From Eledone cirrhosa (taxonomy: Eukaryota), in the NCBI GenBank assembly GCA_964016885.1, contig OZ024742.1, positions 257,486,001 through 257,550,000 on the forward strand: a DNA stretch of 64,000 nucleotides, written 5' to 3'. Positions 1-12,371 of the stretch are shown in pieces. The notes under the pieces were generated by a model that was not told where the DNA came from, ran no database searches, and saw only the letters and a list, made by a program, of their open reading frames with translations. The translations under genes and the position numbers were made by a program. The first letter of the stretch is position 1. Each line of letters opens with the position of its first letter.

Positions 1-181
1 ACATCTTTTCGGCATGCGTATGCATATGAACATATATTTTTATGCATATCTGTGAACGAAGTTTCTTACATATATACACACACCTAACTGTATAAACTTT
101 TTGTGTTTCCATTGGTCAATTTGAACTCTGTTCCCAAACAGACCTGTAATTTTGAATTGTTGTTATTATCAATAAATATAT

Positions 182-335
182 TTCATTATTTCTGAAGACG
201 GCATATATATGAGTTGGTATGTATATTTAATTTTGATAGTTTGTATAATTTTGTATAATTTTGTACATAGATCTGTTAAATATACATGCCAATTCTAACA
301 CATATATATCCCAGAAACGATCGTTAAATAATGAA
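182..335 (+). ncRNA. Type I hammerhead ribozyme with extended stem II (family A, in a PLE pLTR remnant at ~90-390)
   Basis: Stem I TTCATTATTT(182-191)/AAATAATGAA(326-335); core CTGAAGA 192-198; long stem II including GAGTTGGTATGTATATTTAA/TTAAATATACATGCCAATTC; GAAA 314-317; palindromic stem III ACGATCGT; GUU triplet. Second copy at 53091-53230 (-). Confidence 0.85.
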
Positions 336-412
336 CTTTTTTGGTTTAATATAAGGAACTGTTTCATTGTTTTATTCATTATTTTTTTAATATTTTATAT
401 ATATATATATAT

Positions 413-768
413 ATACACGCATAGCAGAACATTGAACTGAAATTAATTGAGCGCACGCGCGTGTGTATGTGTGTAGCGTTGGTTAACCCAATATTTCGAA
501 TTTACATCGTTAAATTTAGCTCTTTACATGGATGTGTATATACCCGGACTCCCCCCCCCCCCCCACACACACACACATTTTTGGGACGATTCGGATGTGT
601 ATATACCATTTACCATAACGCACACTTCAAGATATGGATGTTACAATTGGATCTATACACGTACAGCAGAACACTGACTGAACTTACTTGCGCGCTACGC
701 GCGTGTGTTTGTGTGTATATGTGTGTAGCGTTGGTTAACCCAATATTTCCGATTTACATCGTCAAATT
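413..768. repeat. Local direct duplication (~105 bp segments, ~240 bp period)
   Basis: TACACG..AGCAGAACA..GTGTAGCGTTGGTTAACCCAATATTTC..ATTTACATCGT occurs at ~413-517 and ~656-768. Confidence 0.7.
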
Positions 769-1240
769 GACATCTGACCGACATAGCTTATGTTGATTTG
801 CGAACTAACTTTTCGGTGATTGCTGTGTTGGTACATTCTTATATGTGCTTTTTCTCGGATTTCGCTTCGGTGTGAGTTGGGGTGTGTGTTTACCCACCCA
901 CGCTAATTCTGCGGATTTAATACTGTGTTCATGCGTGTATATATATGTATTTATTTTTATTTTTATTTTTCTTTGGCGTCGAGCCGATGTATGCGGGTGT
1001 GGAGTGTGTGTGTATCCACTCACTTCTAACTGTGACTGACTGTATCCCTACTGATTTGTTTGATATCCAGCGTCTTTTGTAGCGATAGAAGTCTGAAAAC
1101 GTTTATGACCTGAACTAAAGCTAATAGCAGTCGCCTTGTCTGTGACTGACTGGTGTGTCTCCATATGAGGGAATGAATTATGTGAGAGAACATCGTTATT
1201 TTTTCCTCCCTCATATCGAGAATTTTAAGACAATTCATTT

Positions 1241-1314
1241 TCACCTGATGAGATCAGTGATAATCGATCATGGCTTCACAATCGAACTATCTCTTATTGA
1301 AACATGTGTCGTGA
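1241..1314 (+). ncRNA. Type I hammerhead ribozyme
   Basis: TCAC-CTGATGA-(imperfect stem II: GATA..TCGAT/ATCGA..TATC)-GAAAC-ATGT-GTC-GTGA; stem I TCAC/GTGA; GUC triplet ending at 1310. Confidence 0.75.
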
Positions 1315-1741
1315 TTAAATGATTGGAATTTTACCTTGCCTTCGGATTTTCATTTTGATACTTATACTCCGTTTTACAACATCTAGCTGTTCCCTCGAAT
1401 GGAATTGGAGATATACAAAAGCGTGGAGAACTTAATATTGCTAACATAAAGTAATTGGACCATTTTACACAACCAATATTGCACCTTACTATATATATAT
1501 ATAGTTATGTAATAAACAACATAAGATAATTATTTCATTTAACAGTGGTTTCTTGAAAGCAATTAAATCTGCTTTCAGTTGTCAGAATGAAAAAAACGTG
1601 GTGTTTTTTAGTGAATGTGGATTTGAAAACAGAAATATAAGAAATATGAAAGTGAGGCTGAGGAAACAACGAGGGAAGAAGAAAAACATTATATATATAT
1701 ACACACACACATACACACACATTTATACATATACACACACG

Positions 1742-1800
<59 letters not shown>

Positions 1801-1803
<3 letters not shown>

Positions 1804-1974
1804 AACCAGTGCTGAGCTCAAGCCGTTTCGACAGCTAATTCACGAATTAGACGTCGAAACGGCTTGAGCACAGCCGTCGGGGTCTTACTTGTTCCTATTA
1901 CCCACACTACTACCCTAAGTATTGAGTACTTTGGTGCGTTATGGTCCACCTGGTTCCTTACCACATTTCCTTCG

Positions 1975-1976
<2 letters not shown>
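1801..1976. mobile_element. Short fold-back PLE pLTR insertion in (TA)n (family F)
   Basis: Inverted arms ~1801-1895 containing the HHR 3' half GAAACGGCTTGAGCACAGCCGTC-GGGGTC, plus an unpaired ~80 bp tail. Same family at 15742-15961, 34213-34321, 54890-54965 and 58403-58549. Confidence 0.7.
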
Positions 1977-2027
<51 letters not shown>

Positions 2028-2334
2028 CATATATATACACACACACATACATATAAAAATAAAGAAACAAACACATACACACTTGACCACGCGCATATAC
2101 TTAAAAGATAAGCTCTCACAAAGGCGTATATGTTATCAACCGGCATTGTACATACATATACATGAAGTCATAATAATATATAAATAAAAGCAAAAAATAA
2201 TTAAATTAAAAATAAAAGAATAAAGAATGAACAAATAGCACGTTGTCAACGATAAGAGAGGGGATGGCGGGGGGGGGGGGGACAACTAAAAATAAACAAA
2301 CACACGTGGTAAAATAATATATATATATATATAT

Positions 2335-3135
2335 ATAAAAACAAACATAAATTATCGAGATTCGCATTTCGGTCCACGAAATAACGAAAAACAACCTCCG
2401 AGATATGCGGCAAGTGCTCAATGATTTAGATGAACCAGAGCTATAACAAACGCTAAAGGCCAAACACACTGAGACGATTGTTAAACAATCATTCGCATAG
2501 CCAAAAAAAACGATCAAGTAATTCGGGTATTGAAAACTTACCCGGACCCCTGCAAGGTTGGTAAAATCCAGTATATGGGCTTCTGCGGCTCCTAAATCAA
2601 GTACTGTCCGCTTACATAAATAATGTCAGGCTTCTGGTAAGATGATTGAACAAGGAAGCCACTTTCTCAACATGTTTGATTTCGTTGTTAATACAAGGAC
2701 TGACTATTGCTGACCCCACGCGGGGATCGGCAAGGGAGGCAACCCCTATATCAGGCGAATGAATTCAGTTGTGTATATCTTTGCAAGAATGCAAAAACAT
2801 CACAAATCGAATAGAGTTCTCAACAGAAGGGTTAACATTAACATAAGCTATTCATCAGTCAATAGAATCAACTAAAACATCAAGAAAATTAACTGGTCAA
2901 TAGCTAGAGTCTGGAGAGTAATAAAAACATAAATTATCGAGATTCGCATTTCGGCCCACGAAATAACGAAAAACAACCTCCGAAATTGGCGGCAAGTGCT
3001 CAATGATTCAGATGAACCAGAGCTATAACAAACGTTAAAGGCCAAACACACTGAGACGTTGGTTAAACAATCATTCGCATAGCCCAATAAACGATCAAGT
3101 AATTCGGGTATTGAAAATTTACCCGGACCCCTGGA
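2335..3135 (+). repeat. ~0.6 kb-unit partial tandem repeat of unknown class
   Basis: ~2340-2552 recurs at ~2924-3132 (period ~585). A diverged relative in the opposite orientation, also partially tandem, lies at 60355-61395. Confidence 0.7.
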
Positions 3136-3160
3136 AGATATATATATATATATACATATA

Positions 3161-3234
<74 letters not shown>

Positions 3235-3307
3235 CACACATATACAGCACAAACATATACACATATATATATATACATACATATACACACATATATATAT
3301 ATATATA

Positions 3308-4007
3308 TTGGTAAACGGAATAGAAAATGCTGACAAATTGTTCACAGTTGAAAAATGGTTTAATTAGGAATAAAAGAGTATTGGTGATTGTATGGGTTAG
3401 TATTCAGTTGTGGTTTTAAGTTTTTAAGTTTTTACCGGTTGCGCATTTCTAAATGCTTTTAGCCTCCGCCAACGCATGACTGTCCACAGATCCCAAATTA
3501 AAATACGGGAATACAGGAAAATACCACTGAGTGAACACATTGATACCTGTGCCGCCCAAAATCATCCCAACTTCAGAATCTTTCCCCTCTACAAATTTAA
3601 AGATAATGCCACCCACACCCAGCGCATCAGCAAGGAATATTACTTCATTAACAAATACGGACCCCGTCTAAACACTTCTCCCTAAGACGAACCCACAACA
3701 TACACACGTCAACATACATACCTACATCAGCACACATCTCTACCCACATATAAACACAATGACACCCGTAAACACACATGCTCTATGGTGCAATACAAAA
3801 AAATATATGTGCATATATATGTATGTATATATGTATATATATGTATATATGTAGTGAATATATGTATGTGTATATATATATATAGTGAATATCATTTCAC
3901 ACCTTTTATTGTTAAGATTTTTGATGTTCTATTAAGAGAACCGATTTTACTGAAAACATCGATTAATGTAAACCATTTTACCAGGGGGAAAAAAATACTG
4001 GTCCACC

Positions 4008-4041
<34 letters not shown>

Positions 4042-4221
4042 CACAAACACATACACACGCGTACATCAACATGCAAAGAGACTTATACACGCACACACAC
4101 ACACACACACGCGCGCGCGCACTTCTCCGTATAAGACAAAAGCTGAAAAATATCTTTTGACATGCTAAAATACCCCCCATTGCTTTCAGACACATTCTTA
4201 CTGACCATCGAATTACTCTGC

Positions 4222-4272
<51 letters not shown>

Positions 4273-4364
4273 ATCTTAATAGCCATTTGACACACATCGC
4301 TGCTGGCCATTGTCGCAGCATCGAACACATTACTACTACTACGACACACACACACACACACACG

Positions 4365-4411
<47 letters not shown>

Positions 4412-4965
4412 ACACACACACACATATTTGTTGTGAAAGAGTCATTTCTCAATCTTGGCGCAAAACCAATTTTTTATCCACATGACCTCTACCGACCAAT
4501 CAAAATTGTTTTGACCAAGAATTTTTGTTGGAGCCACTTTTTTAACATAAAAACAGTTTTTGGCGCAAAATCAACTTTTTACATTCACATGACCTCTACC
4601 GACCAATCAAAATTGTTTTGACCACAAGCATTTTTGCAACACAAAAATAACGCTGGAGCCACTTTTTTAACATAAAAACAGGTAGAATTCCCAAAACTTT
4701 TTTAACATAAAAACAGGTAGAATTCCCAAAACGAGCAAACAGCACGGACACTCTATCTCAAAATTATTTTTGAAAAGCATTTAGAAATGCGCAACCGGTA
4801 AAAACTTAAAAACTTAAAACCACAACTGAATACTAACCCATACAATCACTAATACTCTTTTATTCCTAATTAAACCATTTTTCAACTGTGAACAATTTGT
4901 CAGCATTTTGTATTCCGTTTACCAATATATAATAACTTGTGTGTTACACCTCTCTTCTTTTAACT
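3308..4965 (+). mobile_element. PLE 3' fragment: inverted pLTR piece, GIY-YIG C-terminus and pLTR (family B')
   Basis: 3308-3460 is the reverse complement of ~4773-4930. ORF 3476-3685 (R.TVHRSQI..LSEHIDTC..FRIFPLYK..RISKEYYFINKYGPRLN) resembles a PLE endonuclease C-terminus. Flanked by (TA)n. Confidence 0.75.
4764..4806 (+). ncRNA. Hammerhead-like variant (U3-A8 core, GCAA instead of GAAA)
   Basis: TTT-TTGAAAA-GCATT TAGA AATGC-GCAA-CCGGTA-AAA; same architecture as family B at 54651-54686. Confidence 0.55.
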
Positions 4966-4977
4966 ATATATATATAC

Positions 4978-5037
<60 letters not shown>

Positions 5038-5890
5038 ACTAATACACACATACCCCCTCCTCACTCCAACATTCACACCTACCCATCCTCTCCCCTGTCC
5101 ACCGCACCTCCGCACACACTGACACACCGTCTGTCTTCACTTACCATTCTACGCTACTGCTGCTATGCCTCTCTGACCACCTCCCCGCACACACAGAATA
5201 CAACCCTCCTCCTGCCTTGACCCTCTGACCTTTCCTGTTCCGCGCGCACCCCACATCTCCCCTCTTCCGAACAATCTCTTGACGGATTACACATATGTGT
5301 ACCTTGATCCCGAGAATCTACCGCATCCCAAGGATTTTATTCAGCATTCCACCACATCCTTTTACGGAATTACCTTTACGACTCACCCCCAGACATACAC
5401 CCCAAATATTTTTTTTGTCCCACACGCCACCTACATCCACAACACGCATGAACACCACGCACACACGTGCGTACCACCGCATATTTACACATTCAGCCTC
5501 CGGAATCCTCTCCCCCCCACCCCTCTACCCACACACGCACACACACTCCGACCTAAACCCCGCCCCACACACACCTCTTCCTGAACATGCAACCCCGTTC
5601 TTCTCCCAACCCTTGCTTTCACATACACACACACACAAACGTACACCTACACACACACACCACCTTCAGCCCTCCCAGCTCGGACACCCCGTCTCCCTCT
5701 CCCCACTCCACCCGCCACCATCCCTACACGCCCCACACCCTTCCACCACCTGTTTTACCCCATTTTAATTTTATTTTCATCATGCCTTTATTTTTAATTT
5801 CATTTGCACTTTTCCTCTCACCCCCTTTTTGCTATATGTCTCTCCACCACTCCCCTACACACCCTTTGAACTCTCTTCCCACACACTTTT

Positions 5891-5924
5891 CACCTGAAGA
5901 AGAGCTTATGCCCGAAACGTCGTT
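5891..5924 (+). ncRNA. Minimal type I hammerhead ribozyme at the end of a C-rich PLE-like remnant (~5040-6010)
   Basis: AC-CTGAAGA-AGAGC TTAT GCCC-GAAAC-GTC-GT; palindromic ACGT stem III; one stem II mismatch. Confidence 0.7.
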
Positions 5925-6734
5925 CCCCATCACCATCACACTCTCAAGAGCGTGAAACTAATAAACCTTTGTCGTACTGCCCTTCCGTTTTGTTCCCGTT
6001 CAATTTTTCACTATATATATATATATATACATATACAAATATATGTTAATATATATATACAGACATACACGCAAAAACACTCAACCAGACGTATAAGAAT
6101 ATATACATAAATGTAGGTGAATATACATATATAAATAAATATATATATTCACGCATACATAAACACATATACATACACATATATATACATATACAAACAC
6201 ACACACACATATACACACATATATATATACATACATATATACACATACATAAACATACATATATATATACAAATATATACATGTATACACACATATACAC
6301 GCATACACAAAAATATAAATATTAAAATAAACATACAAACACTACCACATACACATACACAAGCGTGCAAAAATACAAAAACACAACCACATACAAACGC
6401 ACACACACACATAAGAAAATAAACATACAACCAAATGAGCGTACAAACCTAACCGCATACGTGCTCGCATACGCGCGTAAAGAACACACGCAGACTAAAC
6501 CATACGTAAGACTATACAGACAAAAAACAAAGGCCTATAATCACCGCATACACACAACTAAAACCGTAAACACTAGCATGGAACCAAATAAAGGTATAAT
6601 ATAAATATAAACTCACACACATGAGAAAAAATACATACAACCACATACACACACATATATATATACATATATATAAATATATATACATATATATAATTAA
6701 GCCTGAAACATATACATATATATATATATATAAT

Positions 6735-7022
6735 TAAGCTTGAAACTAGTACATCGTTCCTTTGTCAGTGTTGAACAAAAGGGCAACGATGGTTGCTAAA
6801 CACTTTACGGCTTAATTCGGGATGTTTGTTTACAAACACAACGAGCATTATAATAAATGTTCGGTGAATCTATACGTACATATATATATGTGTGCATGTA
6901 TGTATATATATACATACTACTGTCGCATGTATACGTATATGTATGTACGTATACATACTTATATTTAAGTAACAGCCACACTAAGAATGAGATTTGAAAT
7001 TTCGTTTCCTTTTTTCCGTTCA
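6735..7022 (+). mobile_element. Fragment of HHR-bearing repeat family C
   Basis: Begins with the HHR 3' half AGCTTGAAACTAGTACATCG; homologous to 33025-33785 and 47735-48598. Confidence 0.7.
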
Positions 7023-7539
7023 TATATATATATAACAACTAGAAATTGATTAACATGTAAATAAACATATGAAACAATCACAGGGGATAATTTTTACAAG
7101 AGTGTAAGCACACATAGCTAGGTAGGTAACTAAATAATGTTAATTGAACTTCAAAAATAGATACCTTATAATATGAATAATCTTCCCTGTATATATTCCA
7201 TTAAAGAAATATAGTTCACCAATTAATCGAATGGTAAACCACAGAGGCCGATACTTGGATTTTCAACAAGGAAGAAGTCCAGAGATCTGTGTTTTTGAAT
7301 TAAGTTCAAATCAGCGACTGGCCAGAAACACGGCTGTATCTACGAAAAATACACACATTCATCATACCAGTTTCGTCCCAGTAGCGTGAATAGGGTTATC
7401 GACAAGTAGAAACATCAGTCAAGTCCTTTCAACAATTAAGGAGCCGTATTTATATATCTATATCAAACATTTTACGGGTGATATGGCGCATGCTTTTCTG
7501 GCATTACACCCATAATTTTGATTTAGATTAAATTCATTT

Positions 7540-7629
<90 letters not shown>

Positions 7630-7670
7630 TGAAAAAAATTGCAAATATATATTCGGATATATAATGATTA

Positions 7671-7856
7671 ATAATTGTTTCTACTTTAGGCACAAGGCCA
7701 GCAATTATCCAGTGCATTACTGGTACTTTATTTTATCGACCCCGTAAGGATGAAAGGCAAAGTTAACCTCGGCGGGATTTGAACTCAGATCGTAAAGGGA
7801 CGTAACTATGCTGGAAAGCATGGCGTCCGACCCTCTACCGATACTGCCAATCCGCC
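7671..7856 (-). mobile_element. tRNA-derived SINE (Meta/Sauria-like core)
   Basis: Minus strand: A-box-like TGGCAGTATCGG, B-box GTTCAAATCC, core GCCTTTCATCCTTACGGGGTCGATAAAATAAAGTACCAG, AT-rich tail. Seven copies in the window. Confidence 0.85.
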
Positions 7857-7920
7857 TATATAATGATTAATAATGAGAAATTATAAGAAGGTGATGTAAG
7901 GAATTATATTAGTGTTTTCC

Positions 7921-8920
7921 TCTTTTACTCTTTTACTTTTTTACCTGTTCCAGCCATCCGACTGGGGCAATGCTGGGGCACCGCCCTTGGTGCTACACGG
8001 TGTATCTCCAGACTGTAATGGTTGACCACTGGTACAAGAGGGATTTCGTTGCTGCTGCCCTTAGGTTTCCCTCGTACCTTGCTGTGATGTCATCCGGGAT
8101 CATGGATACCAAGGTGTCGAGAAGTTTCTTGAAAACATCCCCATCCACACCATGCAGATCTCTCAGATTCCTCGGCAGCTTGTTGAAGAGTTGAGTGGCC
8201 TTGAACCCCAGGCAATTGCAATATCTGTTCCTTATTCTCGATGTGGAAGACAGGACCTTTGGCACCACACAGTGACGTTCTGTTCAGGGGTTGGTCCAGC
8301 TCCCAATTCCAAAGTTTGGTGCTAGTATCTCCAATATTTTCCACACGTATATCACTGCGTATCTCTCCCGTCTTCGTTCCAAGGAGTAGACGTTCAGTTC
8401 TTTTAGCATCTCCCAGTAGCCTATCTCCCTCATCGTCGCAATCCTATTGGTGTAGCTTCGCTGGATTGCCTCAAGCTCCGTGGTTAGTTTGACACTATGA
8501 TGTGGCGACAGCTGGGAGCAATAGTCCAATCGGCTTAGGACAAATGTCCTCCATAGTATGAACGTGGTCTCTTGTCCGGAAAGTCCTCAAGATCCAACCA
8601 ACGCGTCTTCTGCACATTTACGCCACTTTCATGATGTATGAGGAAAAAGATGCATCGTCGCTGATGTCTATGCCCAGGTCTAGTATCGATTTCGACACGG
8701 GAATTTCGGTCCCTCCTGGCCCATAGTAAATGTGTTGTATTGTATTTCTATTAACAGGTTTGTATTGTAGGGCTTGCAATTTGCCAGCATTAAACTGCAT
8801 TTTGTTGTCTTCCGCCCATCCAGATCTTGTTATGAAAGGGCAGCGTCAGCCGGGTTGTGGATTGCCTGCGCTACCTTAGTGTCATCAGCATAGCTAGTGA
8901 GTGATGTTGTATGTACTACA
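7921..8920 (-). pseudogene. 5'-truncated CR1/L2-type LINE, RT C-terminal half, with stops and frameshifts
   Basis: SYADDTK at ~8895-8875, then MQFNAGK, DLGIDIS, GWILRTF, DYCSQL, LEAIQRSYT, YWEMLKELNVYSLERRRER and LFNKLPRNLR; short-repeat 3' tail at ~7921-7945. Confidence 0.9.
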
Positions 8921-9845
8921 GATCATTTCAGTGATAAAATTATAGGTACGCAGATTAATCTCTAGCAGTTATTCTCCTATTGAGCGTTAGCGTTGATGAA
9001 GTTCATTATGTGCAGCACGTGTGCACCCGATTGCATATGATAGTAAGAGATATTAAGAGCGAGAGAGACGGATGTAGTGAGTGAAAAAGAGAGAACATCA
9101 ACGCACACATAGACTTGATAAGACAACAATAGTTCACTGCCAACAAGTAAACTTAACAATCGTTTTTAAGTCTACTGCCTCAGAAATATATTTAATGATG
9201 GACGATCGATACTTAAATATTAGTATTTGGAGTTCTCACGCAGTTATTTGGAAGCTGTGATATGATTGCGGTTTAGAAATCTGAGATAAAAAGTATGTGT
9301 TTATGTTGCATAAGTGCATTGTATTAGTTTCCATCTATGAAACTATTTTGATTCATGGTGTTTTAGATCTATTTCTATTCCCATGTCAAATAGAGAAAAT
9401 GATATTATCATCATAAATATGAATGCTGTACCTGAGTTGATTACTCCAAGGTGTTTCTCAGTTGTCTGATCATCGGAAGATGTATGAACGTAACGTGTGA
9501 ATGGCTGGCAGAAACATCTGTCTTCTGGAAATTCTCATGGAAAGTAAGCTTAATACAGCATATGACGGTTAAACAAACCAGAAATGGAGCAACCTGAAAT
9601 TATATGTTTTGTCTAAGGAAACAGCTCGACAATGTGACTTCACAGACTTACATAATCTTAGGCAGCTCAGGCATATATAAACCAATAAAAAATATGTTTT
9701 ACATAAAATATAATCATAAACATGTCAATCTGTGAGTATGTTCACCATTGATAATGTCACAGCTAACTAAAGATCCGTGTACGATAGGTGAAATTGAATA
9801 AATTACGAAATCTATGAGCAGAATTTAATGTAAGTATCCCTGTAT

Positions 9846-9944
9846 ATAATTGTTTCTACGTTAGGCACAAGGCCAGCAATTACCCAGTGCAATACTGGTA
9901 CTTTATTTTATCGACCCCGTAAGGATGAAAGGCAAAGTTAACCT
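9846..9944 (-). mobile_element. SINE, 3' half
   Basis: Matches the core and tail of 7671-7856. Confidence 0.8.
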
Positions 9945-10531
9945 GTATATAATATTAAGTAAATATTACTGACGAATGAGAAAATCAGGTAATACGTAGA
10001 CCATTCTTTTATACAGATTCTGATTTGAAATATCATATTGAGAAATTTGTATGTTTATCATACTTTCTGTATCTATGTCTATATAAGTCTTCACAATATT
10101 TAATGTTTGTTCTTTTAATGTATAGATTAAGATTATTCAAGACAAAAGTGGAGAAACTTCAATTGTGTTTTCAATTATTTTAAATTCTCTGTAGATTATA
10201 AAAACATGTAATTAGGTATTTGATACCAAAAATATGCTGCAGTTACGTTTAATGTGATGTCTGTTATAATCACTAGACGGATATTCTAAAATATTATTTT
10301 ATCTAATATGTGTGTGTGTGAGTGCGCGAGTGTGGGAGCTTATGTGGGTGCGTGCATATGTGTACAAATTTAGAGTACGCAAAGAAAGTTATTATTTCAT
10401 ACAAAATAGATTATAGTTATTTTTTTTAAAGGTTTGCAGAAACAATTAAAGAATCCTGGTGAGTTGTGTTTTTTCAACAAGATATTTTATTCCTCGTCCC
10501 TCTAGTTACCACAGCTGGAGGAATTGCGACC

Positions 10532-10718
10532 TCATCGATGCCAAGTTGCATTGGGATTTGACTTTTTTCTTCGGTGATATCTATCGCGTGGAGACAGGAG
10601 GTGGTATGAATGTATGACTGGTGGTCTACCATAAAAATAAAAATTGCCGGGCTTATGCTTCGGATAGTAAATTGTTTCATGCAAAATCCATCCATGGTCA
10701 TTCATTACCCAGGCGTGC
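10532..10718 (-). CDS. Candidate terminal coding exon of an unidentified host gene
   Basis: Possible acceptor ATTCGTAG followed by the open, non-repetitive frame HAWVMNDHGWILHETIYYPKHKPGNFYFYGRPPVIHSYHLLSPRDRYHRRKKSNPNATWHR*. No homology recognised. Confidence 0.25.
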
Positions 10719-11026
10719 CTACGAATCACACACAAACACACACACACGCACACACGTCCCCCCGCCTCTCAGACACATAAATATATAAATATATATATAT
10801 ATTTCGTTTCTGAATTTGTTTAGCAAGATTCTTTATCTGAAATCGTGTGTTGAAACCGATATTGTTATACTTTGGGAGGGTCATGTTGCCAATAAGAAAC
10901 ACATGTACCAGTTGATTTCACTTCAATTTATTATATATTTATAAATTTATAAATTTACAAATCTACAAACTTATAAATTTCTGGGGTTGGTTGGTTGGTT
11001 TCACAACCAGATAGTTGTTTTTATAT

Positions 11027-11071
11027 AGCCATGGTCCTTTCGTCACACACTCTGTGACCTCTTCAGTGACT
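11027..11071 (-). ncRNA. Hammerhead in the inverted pLTR, U16.1>C (probably inactive)
   Basis: AGTCA-CTGAAGA-G-GTCACA GAGTG TGTGAC-GAAAGGACCA-TGGCT. Confidence 0.7.
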
Positions 11072-12052
11072 GGGGATTCCTTTCTTTGTTTCTGTGCCTT
11101 TCCTTTCTTCTATCCTACGCCATTTTGTTTCTGTGTGTGTGTTGTGTGCTCAGTTCGCGCATGCGCCACATCCGGGTGTCTGTGTGTGTTTGTGTTCATT
11201 TATCTATTTGTTTATTTATTTATTTATTTATTTATTTATTGTTGGTTGGTTGTTTGTTCTATTTGTGTGTGTGTTTTCATTTTGTCCTGTGTGTGTTTTC
11301 ATTTTGTCCCAGACCAGGTACCTCCGTAAAAACACTTATTAGCAAGACATACCCGTTCCAAAGACCCTCATGTATAGATAAGAAATGTATAACCTGTAAA
11401 ATAAGCCACCATATTAACTGTAAAACTAGAAATGTAGTGTATAGCATAAGATGTACTGAAGGACAATGTAGAAACAAAAATATAGTGTACATAGGTGAGA
11501 CAGCTCGTAGTATAGGGGAACGAATAAATGAACACTGGCGAGACCTTCAAGATAATAAAGAATCATCTGTGCTCTACCAACATGCTAAGATAGAACACAG
11601 GGGTAGATTAGAGAACATAGAAATAAAAATAGAATCCACACACAGAAAAGATGCAATGTTTAGGCAAATTACAGAGGCAGTAAGCATAAAAGAATTACAA
11701 CCAAAATTAAATAGAAAATATGAGTGGAACAGCAACATCACAACTTACAATTAAGGACAAAATGAAAACACACACAGGACAAAATGAAAACACACACACA
11801 TAGAACAAACAACTTACAATTAAGGACAAATTGAAAACACACACAGGACAAAATGAAAACACACACACACATAGAACAAACAACCAACCAACAATAAATA
11901 AATAAATAAATAAACAAATAGATAAATGAACACAAACACACACAGACACCCGGATGTGGCGCATGCGCAAACTGAGCACACAACACACACACAGAAGCAA
12001 AATGGCGTAGGATAGAAGAAAGGAAAGGCACAGAAACAAAGAAGGAATCCCC

Positions 12053-12097
12053 AGTCACTGAAGAGGTCACAGAGTGTGTGACGAAAGGACTATGACT
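12053..12097 (+). ncRNA. Minimal type I hammerhead ribozyme in pLTR
   Basis: AGTCA-CTGAAGA-G-GTCACA GAGTG TGTGAC-GAAAGGACTA-TGACT; 5-bp stem I, 6-bp stem II, CUA triplet ending at 12092. Confidence 0.85.
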
Positions 12098-12254
12098 ATA
12101 TATAAACAACTATCTGGTTGTGGAACCAACCAACCAACCAGAAATTTATAAGTTTATAGATTTGTAAATTTATAAATTTATAAATATATAATAAATTGAA
12201 GTGAAAGCAGTGGTGCGTGTGTTTCTTATTGGCAACATGACCCTCCCAAAGTAT

Positions 12255-12285
<31 letters not shown>

Positions 12286-12294
12286 AATATACAC

Positions 12295-12371
<77 letters not shown>

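Larger units (their letters stand above)
10803..12260 (+). mobile_element. 5'-truncated PLE: inverted pLTR with extension, GIY-YIG and pLTR
   Basis: ~10860-11310 is inverted relative to ~11753-12260. The ORF part ~11310-11754 reads SCIDKKCITC..NCKTRNVVYSIRC..VYIGETARSIGERINEH..EAVSI..PKLN. Flanked by (TA)n. Confidence 0.92.

Noticed and set aside
2700-2860. GC hairpin with GGCGAATG (HDV-like) and a minus-strand CTGATGA
   Set aside because: No HDV P1/P3/L3 could be built, no GAAA follows the stem, and neither motif is conserved in the 60355-61395 relative.
9432-9593. Exon-like segment with splice-like signals on both strands
   Set aside because: The two interpretations conflict, all minus-strand frames contain stops, and no homology was recognised.
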